Positions 42,064 to 53,143 of a stretch of DNA of 64,000 nt are shown piece after piece (positions within the stretch are counted from its first letter, which is position 1; every line of letters begins with the position of its first letter). The notes below the pieces were generated by a model. That model worked only from the letters and a program-made list of their open reading frames with translations. It was not told where the DNA came from and searched no databases. The translations under genes were made by a program, and so were the position numbers. The DNA is taken from positions 1 through 64,000 of the forward strand of contig CBDDEL010000011.1 in the NCBI GenBank assembly GCA_965226885.1. The letters run 5' to 3'. The stretch comes from Opitutales bacterium (lineage in GTDB: Bacteria; Verrucomicrobiota; Verrucomicrobiia; Opitutales; UBA2987).

Positions 42064-42120
42064 TCGGATGCCATATCCGTTCTGGAGAAGGTGGGTGGCA
42101 AATCTGTGACGAAACGTGCG
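42064..42120 (-). pseudogene. Tyrosine recombinase (IntI/Xer-like) box II scar
   Basis: RTFRHRFATHLLQNGYGIR versus consensus HTFRHSFATHLLxxGYDIR. Confidence 0.6.
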
Positions 42121-42216
42121 GAAAGTCGGGTTGACATTTTTCGGGGTATGTCCAGTGTGTACTTCATCACTTTTTAAGGATTCATGATCCTTGGTTACAG
42201 AACAGGTGGGTAATAA

Positions 42217-44439
<2,223 letters not shown>

Positions 44440-44694
44440 TCTCTGCGAGGTGCTCGTAACGGTCATCTCCAGGCGGCCATGGGCGAGGTAGTTGGACGAT
44501 AGGCGTTTAATTAATTCGCTTGCATAAAGGATAAAAGGATAAACAACAATTTATAATAGTTACTCTGGTTGTAGGCATAGATGATTTGAGTGAGTTATTT
44601 ATCCTTTTGTCAGGCTAGGCAATTCCGGGAAGTCTTTCATCTGCCAAAGCCCAGATTATTATATTTGAAGAAACATTCAAAAGGAGGAAAAATA

Positions 44695-45621
44695 ATGGCT
44701 ATTCAAATTGGAAAACCTGCCCCTGACTTCGAGGTAGACGCATGGATACGAGGCGCTCATGGGCCACGGAAGGTAGCTCTTTCCCAGCCCAGGGGAAAAT
44801 GGGTGGTTCTATTCTTCTACCCGCGAGACTTCACTTTTATCTGCCCAACCGAAATCGCAGCTTTTGGTGACTTGCAAGAAGACATTGAGCGTGAGGATGC
44901 CGTCGTCATTGGCGCGAGCACAGATAGCTTCTATACTCACAAAGCCTGGTTCGAGTCGGATCCTCGGCTCAAGGGGATAAATTATCCTGTCCTGGCGGAT
45001 ACATCCCAAAAAGTGTGCAGGGATTTCAATGTGTTATTAGATGACGGGGCAGCATTGCGGGGCACATTTATCATCGATCCCGAGGGCATCGTGCGACACA
45101 TCACCGTAAACGAACTTGATGTTGGCCGTAACGTTGACGAGACATTGCGGGTCCTTCAGGCATGGCGCATCGGTGAGCTTTGCCCGGTGGGATGGAAGCC
45201 CGGTCAATCAACCCTCACGAGCTATGACGAGTGGTTGGCCAAAGCCCTGCCTCGCCTATCTAAAGAGGTTTTGGTGAAGACAACGGAGGAGTTGCAGACC
45301 GTCACTTACTCTGCCGGTGAGACCGTGTTTGAGCAGGGCGCTGCCCCGGATCACTTTTATATTGTTGTGAGTGGGGAAGTCGAGGTGATCCGTCACAGTC
45401 CGAGCGGAGAGGTGAAGATTTTGGCGACTCTTCAAGCAGGTGACTTTTTCGGTGAGATTGGTTTGCTTACCGAAGCTCGACGAATGGCAACGGTGCGCGC
45501 CAAGACCGATCTTGAAGTGCTGTCCATGGATTGGGAAATGTTCAGGAAAGTGGTGCAAACCTCTGAGTCCACGGCAGCGGACTTTGCAGAAATCATGCGT
45601 GAAAGGTTGGCAAAAGCCTAA
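44695..45621 (+). CDS. 2-Cys peroxiredoxin (AhpC type) fused to a cyclic-nucleotide-binding domain
   Basis: AGGAGG RBS; FYPRDFTFICPTE and ELCPVGW; then FEQG, FYIVVSGEV, GDFFGEIGLL, RMATVRA. Confidence 0.9.
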   Translation: MAIQIGKPAPDFEVDAWIRGAHGPRKVALSQPRGKWVVLFFYPRDFTFICPTEIAAFGDLQEDIEREDAVVIGASTDSFYTHKAWFESDPRLKGINYPVLADTSQKVCRDFNVLLDDGAALRGTFIIDPEGIVRHITVNELDVGRNVDETLRVLQAWRIGELCPVGWKPGQSTLTSYDEWLAKALPRLSKEVLVKTTEELQTVTYSAGETVFEQGAAPDHFYIVVSGEVEVIRHSPSGEVKILATLQAGDFFGEIGLLTEARRMATVRAKTDLEVLSMDWEMFRKVVQTSESTAADFAEIMRERLAKA

Positions 45622-45794
45622 CCAGGTACGCTGTATTTTCTCGTAATTCCTTGACAAGCAAATGTAGTGAAAGTAGGCAGTCAAGTTTTACTGAAATAGG
45701 CTGGACGATTTTCAGATTCTCACCGTGGGAAGAAAACTGGCTGTCTGTGCTTTTTTAAACCGTGAAAACCTGACCTGTAACCCAAGTGGAAAAA

Positions 45795-46409
45795 ATGAAA
45801 AAATTATACCTATTGCCGGTTGTGGCCACTCTTGTATTGTCATGTCATAAAATTCAAATGGCCTCTGTAAGTTCGGGCAGCGAGGCCCCGGACTTCACCC
45901 TTTTCGATACAAAAGGCGTTGAGCGTTCACTGTCCGATTTTAAGGGCAAGTATATAATCCTGGAATGGACGAACCATCAATGCCCTTTTGTCCGCAAGCA
46001 TTATGGAAGCGGGAACATGCAAAACCTGCAAAAATATTCTTTGCAGAAGGGTGCCGCTTGGTTGACCATACTTTCGTCGGCGCCGGGGTTGCAAGGCCAT
46101 GTTTCACCCGAGAAGGCCGATTCTCTGATGAAGGAGAGCGGAAGCCAGCCGACCACCTACCTGTTCGACACCGACGGGCGGGTGGGCAGGCTTTATGGAG
46201 CCAAGGCAACACCGCATATGTTTGTCATCAATCCGGCCGGGAAAGTTGTTTACCAAGGCGCCATCGACAGCATTCGCTCTTCCGATCCCGACGATATAGC
46301 GATTGCCAAAAATTATGTGCGTATCGCCTTCGCCGATGCTTTAGCGGGCAATCCAATCGAAGTGACCGATACTCAGCCTTATGGCTGCAGTATTAAATAT
46401 GCGAGGTAA
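45795..46409 (+). CDS. Redoxin (AhpC/TSA family) lipoprotein
   Basis: LVLSC lipobox-like, APDFTL, EWTNHQCPFVRKHY, TPHMFV, YGCSIKY. Confidence 0.85.
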   Translation: MKKLYLLPVVATLVLSCHKIQMASVSSGSEAPDFTLFDTKGVERSLSDFKGKYIILEWTNHQCPFVRKHYGSGNMQNLQKYSLQKGAAWLTILSSAPGLQGHVSPEKADSLMKESGSQPTTYLFDTDGRVGRLYGAKATPHMFVINPAGKVVYQGAIDSIRSSDPDDIAIAKNYVRIAFADALAGNPIEVTDTQPYGCSIKYAR

Positions 46410-46692
46410 TGGGCCGTTGGCGAATCGGACGAGTAATATAAATCAGGTTAAATCGATTCATCCTGATTAGCCGTCAGATTATCTACTGGCCGGCTGCTGG
46501 CCGGATCGACCAGAGCGTCGAAGATGAGGCGAATTTGCCCGATTCGAGCGCGAATGCGCACGATATCCAATTCGCCATTTTTATTTACCAGTATCCGCAA
46601 GTAGAGCGGTGGGTAGCGGTTGAACTTCTTCAAATGCAATCGCTTCAGTTCGGTGGTGTGCAAACGGTGCATTTCCACCAGTGAGGCTGTAA

Positions 46693-47823
46693 TACCAAAT
46701 CGCAAAAGGATTGATAAAGATTAAAAAACAGCTATAAAGGCGGAATGAGAAGATATATGGGAACCGATGAAGACCGTGAACGTATCAAGAAATTGCTCAA
46801 CAAAGAGGCTGTCGGCTGGCGTAAAGAGCGTTTGGTGGCATTAAAAATGGGCTTCCAGCCGCACCACAGCATTGATGAAATTGGAGCCATCGTGGGCCGA
46901 GGCAAAGCGACGATCCAGCGTTGGTTTGACAAATATCGTGCTGCAGGGCTCGGGGCGGTGCTTACACGCGCCTACAAAGGCGGGATCAAAAGCCGTTGCG
47001 ACAAAGAGGTGGAGGCCTTCTTGCTCAATGGTTTGAAGGTCGCGCGCTGGAACACAGCCGTTCAGGCGGGGCAAGAGCTGGAGCGACATTTCGGGCGCTC
47101 CTTCGCCTACAAGACGGTGTGGCGATGGCTAAAAAAATGCGCCGGGGTGCTTCGAGTCCCTCGCCCCGTGCATGAGAAACGGGACTCGGCAAAAGCGGAA
47201 GCGTTCAAGCGAGACTTTTTTAAGATCCTCCAGGAGCTTTCCCTCACCCGAGGCAATCGGGTTCGGGTGTGGTTTGCCGATGAAAGCCGTTTTGGTTTGC
47301 TTCCGGTGTACCGCCGGTGCTGGACGCAAAGAGGGCTTCGGCCGCACAAAAAATATCAGACAAGATACCAGTGGAGCTACTGTTACGGAGCCCTCGACGT
47401 GGTCAACGGCGAGATGGTATGCATCCAAACCCCTAGCACGAATCTACAGTGGACGGAGGCTTTCCTCCAACAGATCAAAAAGCAATATCCTGAGGAGGAA
47501 CATGTGGTTGTATGGGACGGGGCAGGCTTCCATCCGCACGACTCGGAGCACCCCAACGTCCCCCCGGGCATACATATCGTGAATTTGCCGCCGTATAGTC
47601 CTGAACTCAACCCGATTGAAAGACTTTGGGATATGATACAGGATCAAACGGCCAACAAACTGTGGCCGAGCATTGAGCGACTCGAAGAAGTCGTCGCAAC
47701 CCATCTCAAAGACTGGTGGGAGGACACTGAAAAAGTCCTCTCTTTAGTTGGCGGAGGCTGGCAGCACATTCAAGCAAACGCTTCTGCCAAATAACTTATT
47801 ATCATACCTAATGAGATTTGGTA
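46693..47823 (+). mobile_element. IS630-family element
   Basis: IRs TACCAAATC...GATTTGGTA; TAA on both sides. Confidence 0.9.
46745..47794 (+). CDS. IS630 transposase
   Basis: FADESRFG, WDGAGFH, LPPYSPELNPIERLW; single ORF. Confidence 0.95.
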   Translation: MRRYMGTDEDRERIKKLLNKEAVGWRKERLVALKMGFQPHHSIDEIGAIVGRGKATIQRWFDKYRAAGLGAVLTRAYKGGIKSRCDKEVEAFLLNGLKVARWNTAVQAGQELERHFGRSFAYKTVWRWLKKCAGVLRVPRPVHEKRDSAKAEAFKRDFFKILQELSLTRGNRVRVWFADESRFGLLPVYRRCWTQRGLRPHKKYQTRYQWSYCYGALDVVNGEMVCIQTPSTNLQWTEAFLQQIKKQYPEEEHVVVWDGAGFHPHDSEHPNVPPGIHIVNLPPYSPELNPIERLWDMIQDQTANKLWPSIERLEEVVATHLKDWWEDTEKVLSLVGGGWQHIQANASAK

Positions 47824-48237
47824 TAATAGTATCGGCGAATGCGGGATTGCTTAATCCGGCTTCGACCATCACCCTGCGGCACTGTAGGAAGTAGTAGAAA
47901 TAGGAGGAAATATTCAACATTTCGTTGTTATTGGTTAGCGGCCGGTAGAGTTTTTCATTATCCAATAGTTTAATCCTCGAATGATCATCGTTCAAAGTTG
48001 AGCAAATATCTTCCAGGCTGCAAAAATCCTTCTCCATAACCTTGTGAATATAGGCAATGTCCTGAGCGGTTAAGAGGTTCGCTCGATTTCTCTGGGCAGT
48101 AGTTGAATTGTCTGGATTCATGGCGGTCTCTCTCTATAGAAGAACGGGGAGAAAGTTGATTTCGCAGTCCTGTATTTATCGGTTCAAAAGTCCGGGATTT
48201 AAAGGAAACTTGCCGTTGAACTCGATGAATTATCTTA

Positions 48238-50056
48238 GAGGCTGTCCCAAAAGGGTGATTTTTGCGAGGGCTTTTGATAGGCGCTCATTTTAGAGGTATT
48301 TGCATTTGGGAGAGTATCAACTTTGCTCTCCTATGACGTTAGGATACTGGTTTTGGGGTCCGGTTGCCTGGTTTTCTTTGTATGAGCCGACAGTAAGGCT
48401 GTGAAAAAGTATTGTCCTTGCTTTTCCGCTCTCTAGGCCGCCGCTTTGGTTTTTAGTTCGTCTTGCTGGGCCAGCATCTTGGCTACTTTCCATAGGTTGT
48501 GCGAGAGTACCGACCAGGCTACGCTGATCGAGCGGTTGGCAAAGCCTTTGCTGCGCAACCGCCCGGCCTGCCAGCGATTCTTCAATACCCCGATCCGCCC
48601 TTCGGTGCTGGCCCGGCGCTTTTGCAATTGCCTGAACAGTGGTTCCTCCATCCGTTTTTTCAACTGCTTCGGATCGCGTGGACAGAGCGCGTCGTAGATT
48701 CCCTCCTGGGCTAACTGCCGGCGGGCCCGCTGGGAGGCAAATCCCCGGTCCGCGCACATGGCCGCTATGGGTTCTTCCAGGTTGAAGCGGTTCTGTCTTT
48801 GCAAACTCTCTTGCATTTGTTCATTTTCGCTTGGAGTTCGGCTGCCGTAGAGTTTCCAGTCCAGCAGGTACCCTTCAACGCTTTCTCCCAAAAACAGGGT
48901 GTTGCCGAACTCGACCTCTTGGCCCGCTTTACCTCGCACAATCACCTGCCCATCGAGTTCGTAAACACTCAAGACTTTCTCTGCGTTTTTCACCTGGCGG
49001 CCGCCAATGATCCGCTCGTGCGCCTGTTTGATGACCACCGGGATTTGCTCGCTCATGCGCTCCATCCGGGCGAGGATCTGTTGGACCTGTTTTTCGCTGT
49101 AATCGCTTTGCTCCCAGCAGGCTTGCAATAATTCCCGGTGACTGCGGGCATGCTCCCCGATCCGTTTGAACAGCTTTCTCATCTGCCTCAAGATACCCTT
49201 GCGCTGCCGCGCGCTGTCCTTTCGCCGCCGGCTGTGGGTCATCTGTATGCACAGCCGATTCATCTGCCGAGCCAAGGGCTCCGGTTCGATCGGCATGCGA
49301 TGGCGCAAACCGGCCTTCTCGCGGATCAGCCGGATCGCTTTGAGCAACGTGCCGGCTACATCCTTGAGTAATACCCAGTCCGTCGGCCAATGAATGTTAG
49401 CCTCCAAACAGGTGCCGTCGATCAGGCAAATGGTGGGGTCAATCGGCTTGTCCAATCTCACCTGCCGGGCCAGAAGGGCATCGCCCACCACCTCAGTCAA
49501 GGTCCGGTGCAAGGCCCTCAACTGCTCTTCGCTGAAAAACTTCGAGGCCCGCTCCAGGGTGCTTTTGGAGATGCCCCTGATGCCATCGATCTGCCGGACA
49601 CGGCAAAAGTCGGCCAACAGATCGCTGCTGCCCAGAGCCCGCGACAAATGCCGAAACGAAATCCCTCCGAGCAGACGGCCCAGCGTATCCATGCGCAGTG
49701 CCTTGATGGCAAAACTGGCCCGCTGCCGCCGGGCCTTTAGACCCATTGGCGGCCACCCCTCCAAGGCCAGCTCAATGGCCTGCGATTCCACCTCCGAGTC
49801 GATCAGCAGCCGATCGATTCGATCAATGGTGGCGCGGAAGTTATCGTAATCGAGGCACCGGTCGACCACAGTTAAAGCTGGACGCAGGAGGCATTGGATG
49901 GCTATATTTTTCATAGAAAGGGCTATATATTGATTTTCGCTAACTCAATTATAGAACCCTTTTTTGGCCGGATCGAGCAAAAACTTGCTCTTTCCGGCTC
50001 TTTTTATCAACGTCATCCAGTTGACTATAAAATCTTTATATTTTTGGGACAGCCTC
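48238..50056 (-). mobile_element. IS5-like element, copy B, full length 1819 bp
   Basis: IRs GAGGCTGTCCCAAAA; TSD TATCTTA (48231-48237, 50057-50063). Confidence 0.92.
48433..49914 (-). CDS. IS5-like DDE transposase
   Basis: IDGT, RGKAGQEVEFG, ADRGF, RRASTEGRIGVLK; family assignment from motifs only. Confidence 0.88.
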   Translation of the reverse strand: MKNIAIQCLLRPALTVVDRCLDYDNFRATIDRIDRLLIDSEVESQAIELALEGWPPMGLKARRQRASFAIKALRMDTLGRLLGGISFRHLSRALGSSDLLADFCRVRQIDGIRGISKSTLERASKFFSEEQLRALHRTLTEVVGDALLARQVRLDKPIDPTICLIDGTCLEANIHWPTDWVLLKDVAGTLLKAIRLIREKAGLRHRMPIEPEPLARQMNRLCIQMTHSRRRKDSARQRKGILRQMRKLFKRIGEHARSHRELLQACWEQSDYSEKQVQQILARMERMSEQIPVVIKQAHERIIGGRQVKNAEKVLSVYELDGQVIVRGKAGQEVEFGNTLFLGESVEGYLLDWKLYGSRTPSENEQMQESLQRQNRFNLEEPIAAMCADRGFASQRARRQLAQEGIYDALCPRDPKQLKKRMEEPLFRQLQKRRASTEGRIGVLKNRWQAGRLRSKGFANRSISVAWSVLSHNLWKVAKMLAQQDELKTKAAA

Positions 50057-50167
50057 TATCTTAAAACACTCCTGCCACGTTAGGGAGGTTGAAAGCTGAA
50101 ATCGGGCCGGAGAATGGGTTACCGCGCAAATGCCTGAACCGATTTTTTGGAAATTTTCGATCAACCG

Positions 50168-51223
50168 TCAAATACCGGAAAACCGTTGCAGGCTGACTTC
50201 TTTATCCAGTGCAGTTTCGCCCTTGAGGAAATCTGCCATTTGCCGGGCGAAAAACGGGGCTATGAGGGTGCCTTTTGATCCCAATCCATTAAAGATACCC
50301 AGTTGGGAATATTGCGGATGCATTCCCAGGACCGGCTTGTAATCCTTTATAATGGGGCGGATGCCGGCCCGGCGCCCGGTTACCTCGAAAGGCATTTTTA
50401 TAAAATTTTGCAATCCAGAAAGAATTTCAGCCTCACCGTCCGTAGTAGGAATTTTATCAATCGGGTCCCAGCAATAGGTTGAGCCTGCCCGAAATGTGTT
50501 TTGGCCCACAGGCAGGAGCCATTTTCCGGAATTGAGGATCTGCCGCAGCGGTTCAGCGAGATTCGTTTTTAAATCGAGAATTTCACCCTTGGCAGGCTTG
50601 AATGGAAGCCACTGAAACCAGGGATTGTTTTGCGAGCGGAAGCCCTCGCAGAAAATTACTTTGCCCGCTTGGCAATTTCTCCACCTGACGCCCGATTTTC
50701 CGATGGCCATGTCGCTGTATAAGAATTTTTCCCTCGAAAGACAGCCCTTGTTTTCAAGGTATTTACCAATGTCATCGACCAGGTGGCCCATTTCGAGGTG
50801 CCCGCTGCCGCCGGGAGAGAAGCTTCCGTAGGGGTCGATCAATATTTCGGGTTTCCAACCGGGTGGTCTCATGGCTCCCAGATAGCGGTTGGTGCCCGAA
50901 CCGCTTCGCTTTTGCATCCACAGTTGTCGTTCCTGATCACTCTTGAAAACGCGCACCAATTCCTTTTCGCGATAATAGACGTGGCCTAATTTTTGACCCA
51001 AAAGTCGGTAGGTATTTCTACAATCGGCCAATAATGGTTCGAGCCGCCAGCAGGGGGTCATGCGGGGACCCGTGACAGGGTTGACGATGCCAGCGCCGAC
51101 TTTGGTGGCCGATCCCGCTTGGTCTTCATCAACCACCAATATCGCGCAACCCGATTCCAATAAATTCCAGGCTAGGAGACTTCCGGCCAAACCTTGGCCG
51201 ACAATGAGAAAATCGATGGTCAT
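50168..51223 (-). CDS. FAD-dependent oxidoreductase (DAO family)
   Basis: IVGQGLAG, KGEIL, AGIRP, NGLGSKG. Confidence 0.9.
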   Translation of the reverse strand: MTIDFLIVGQGLAGSLLAWNLLESGCAILVVDEDQAGSATKVGAGIVNPVTGPRMTPCWRLEPLLADCRNTYRLLGQKLGHVYYREKELVRVFKSDQERQLWMQKRSGSGTNRYLGAMRPPGWKPEILIDPYGSFSPGGSGHLEMGHLVDDIGKYLENKGCLSREKFLYSDMAIGKSGVRWRNCQAGKVIFCEGFRSQNNPWFQWLPFKPAKGEILDLKTNLAEPLRQILNSGKWLLPVGQNTFRAGSTYCWDPIDKIPTTDGEAEILSGLQNFIKMPFEVTGRRAGIRPIIKDYKPVLGMHPQYSQLGIFNGLGSKGTLIAPFFARQMADFLKGETALDKEVSLQRFSGI

Positions 51224-51314
51224 TAATGGGTGAATGGTGTTGGAGCCACATTGGGCTTTCAAGCCGGTAATAGCAAAAAAGCAGAAATTGCCGCTTCGGT
51301 GCTTGCATTTCTTG

Positions 51315-51338
51315 AATTTTCAGAATATATTGAAAATT
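51315..51338. promoter_or_regulatory. Putative operator palindrome
   Basis: AATTTTCA-N8-TGAAAATT between divergent genes, upstream of the GbsR/MarR gene. Confidence 0.6.
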
Positions 51339-51389
51339 AGATAAATAGTCTAATTAATATTATACAAAAAGAGAGAATCGGCATCGAAA

Positions 51390-51927
51390 ATGACAGCGAC
51401 GGCAACTTTGAATAAAAGTGTTTTGGAAGAGGCCCGTGAAGATTTTATTGTCCAGTGGGGCGCTCTGGGCACGGCTTGGGGCATTAACCGCACTATGTAT
51501 GGCCCAGATCCATGCTTTTCTATTGATTTCGGCAGAACCGTTAAGCACGGATGATGTGATGGAACATCTCAAGATCAGCCGGGGCAATGCCAATACCAAC
51601 CTGCGGGAAATGGTTGGGTGGGGTTTGGCCCGAAGCGTTGTCAAGAGGGGAAATCGCAAAGAATATTTTGAGGCCGAAAAAGAAGTCTGGAAGATATTCT
51701 GCATCATTTCCAGAGAGCGCAAAAGGAGGGAAATTGAGCCAGCAATTACGGTTCTGAAAAATTGCCTGGAAAATACGAGAGGTTTGAATTCATCCGAAGC
51801 CAAATCATTCCACCGTCAAATGGCGGAGCTCAGTGAATTTGTCGGTTTGGCGAGCTCCATTTTAGAGAAAATTGCGACCTCCGAAGAGAATAAAATAATG
51901 CCCAAAGTGATCAGATTGTTCAGCTGA
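51390..51927 (+). pseudogene. GbsR/MarR-family regulator with a 4-bp frameshift
   Basis: MTATATL...FIVQWGALGTAWGINRTM / AQIHAFLL...ISRGNANTNLREM; TATG duplicated at 51494-51501. Confidence 0.85.
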
Positions 51928-52193
51928 TGGAAAAATTACTCCAGCCGCTACTTTCCTCCTATCAAAGACTGAGACTGAGGCGAGATACTCGAGGGTTCAG
52001 CCATGCACTCAACAGGGGGATTTTGGGCACTTCGCGCAAGAAAAACCTGGTTTACAAAATGCTTGACCGCAAGCTAATGCGTTCCCGGAGAACGGTCACC
52101 CACCTATTCGGGCCAACACAGATAAATAATCGTTCCGGTCCCACGGTTCTTATTAAAAAAGCCCTCCAAAAGCTGCTGAATCTGCGCAGGTAA
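51927..52193 (+). CDS. Small basic hypothetical protein
   Basis: TGATG stop/start overlap with the upstream gene. Confidence 0.5.
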   Translation: MEKLLQPLLSSYQRLRLRRDTRGFSHALNRGILGTSRKKNLVYKMLDRKLMRSRRTVTHLFGPTQINNRSGPTVLIKKALQKLLNLRR

Positions 52194-52336
52194 AATGATG
52201 GGGATGCCGGTGCAGGATTTTCGAGTCCTGGCACCTGATTTCTTTTTTCCTTTTAGCTTTGGATTGCCATTGAACATTTTCCCATCATGGGCGCTCTTAT
52301 TATTAATGGTAGTATTTGAGCACAGGTTCGAAAGTG

Positions 52337-53138
52337 GGTAGTGTATAAAAAAAGAATGTTATTTTGTATTTTTAGCTGTACAAATAGCGTTAGGTAGTTT
52401 ATTCTTAGTGCATGGTTACTAAAATTATTAATTGTCGGCACTGTGGAAGTGAAAATATCATTAAATTTGGCAAGACGCCCAACCATAAACAGCGCTACCG
52501 CTGCCATGATTGTGGTAAACAAAGCCGCGAAAACCCCACAGTGAAATACACCGAAGAGCAAAAAGAAATGATCCTGCGAGTCTATCAGGAACGCAGCAGT
52601 CTACGCGGTTTACAGCGCGCCTTCGGGGTGAGTCCCAACACCGTTTTGAGTTGGTTAAAAAAAACGACAATCGCTGCGACCGCTCAAAAGCACGATTCTT
52701 GCGGCCCGCCGCCATGATGTCATTGAACTGGACGAACTGTGGTCTTTTGTGGGGCGCAAGAGCGATGCCCAATGGGTTTGGATCGCTCTTTGCCGACGCA
52801 CCCGTCAAATCCTCTCCTATGCCATTGGGCCTCGGGATTGGTATCGTTGCCGGGAACTTTACGAGCGTCTGCCACGGGCCTACAAAAGATGTGCCACCTA
52901 CAGCGACTTTTGGAGCACTTATGATGAAGTCTTTCCTCATAACCGATCCGTGGGAAAAGAAACCGGTGAAACGGCCCATGTGGAACGATGGAACAATACC
53001 CTGCGCCAACGACTGGGTCGTTTCACACGCAAAACCCTCTCCTTTTCCAAGCTTAAGAGTATGCATGAAACCTGTCTGATACTTTTCATTCATCAATATA
53101 ATCAAGAATTAGCCACCATTCCTACTTAATACACTACC
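52337..53138 (+). mobile_element. IS1-family element, copy D (apparently intact)
   Basis: 802 bp; TSD CGAAAGTG (52329-52336, 53139-53146); InsA 52412..52717, InsB to 53129. Confidence 0.93.
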
Positions 53139-53143
53139 CGAAA

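Larger units (their letters stand above)
46448..48121 (-). pseudogene. Hypothetical protein split by IS630
   Basis: ORFs 47744..48121 and 46448..46705 join in frame as ...PAFADTITASLVEM... once the IS is removed. Confidence 0.8.

Noticed and set aside
44440..44510. Possible attC site after katG (TAAC...GTTGGAC)
   Set aside because: No complementarity beyond AAC/GTT and no convincing L boxes.
48238..48432. Small hairpins in the 3' non-coding end of the IS5-like element
   Set aside because: Stems are short and could be chance; no evidence for an RNA.
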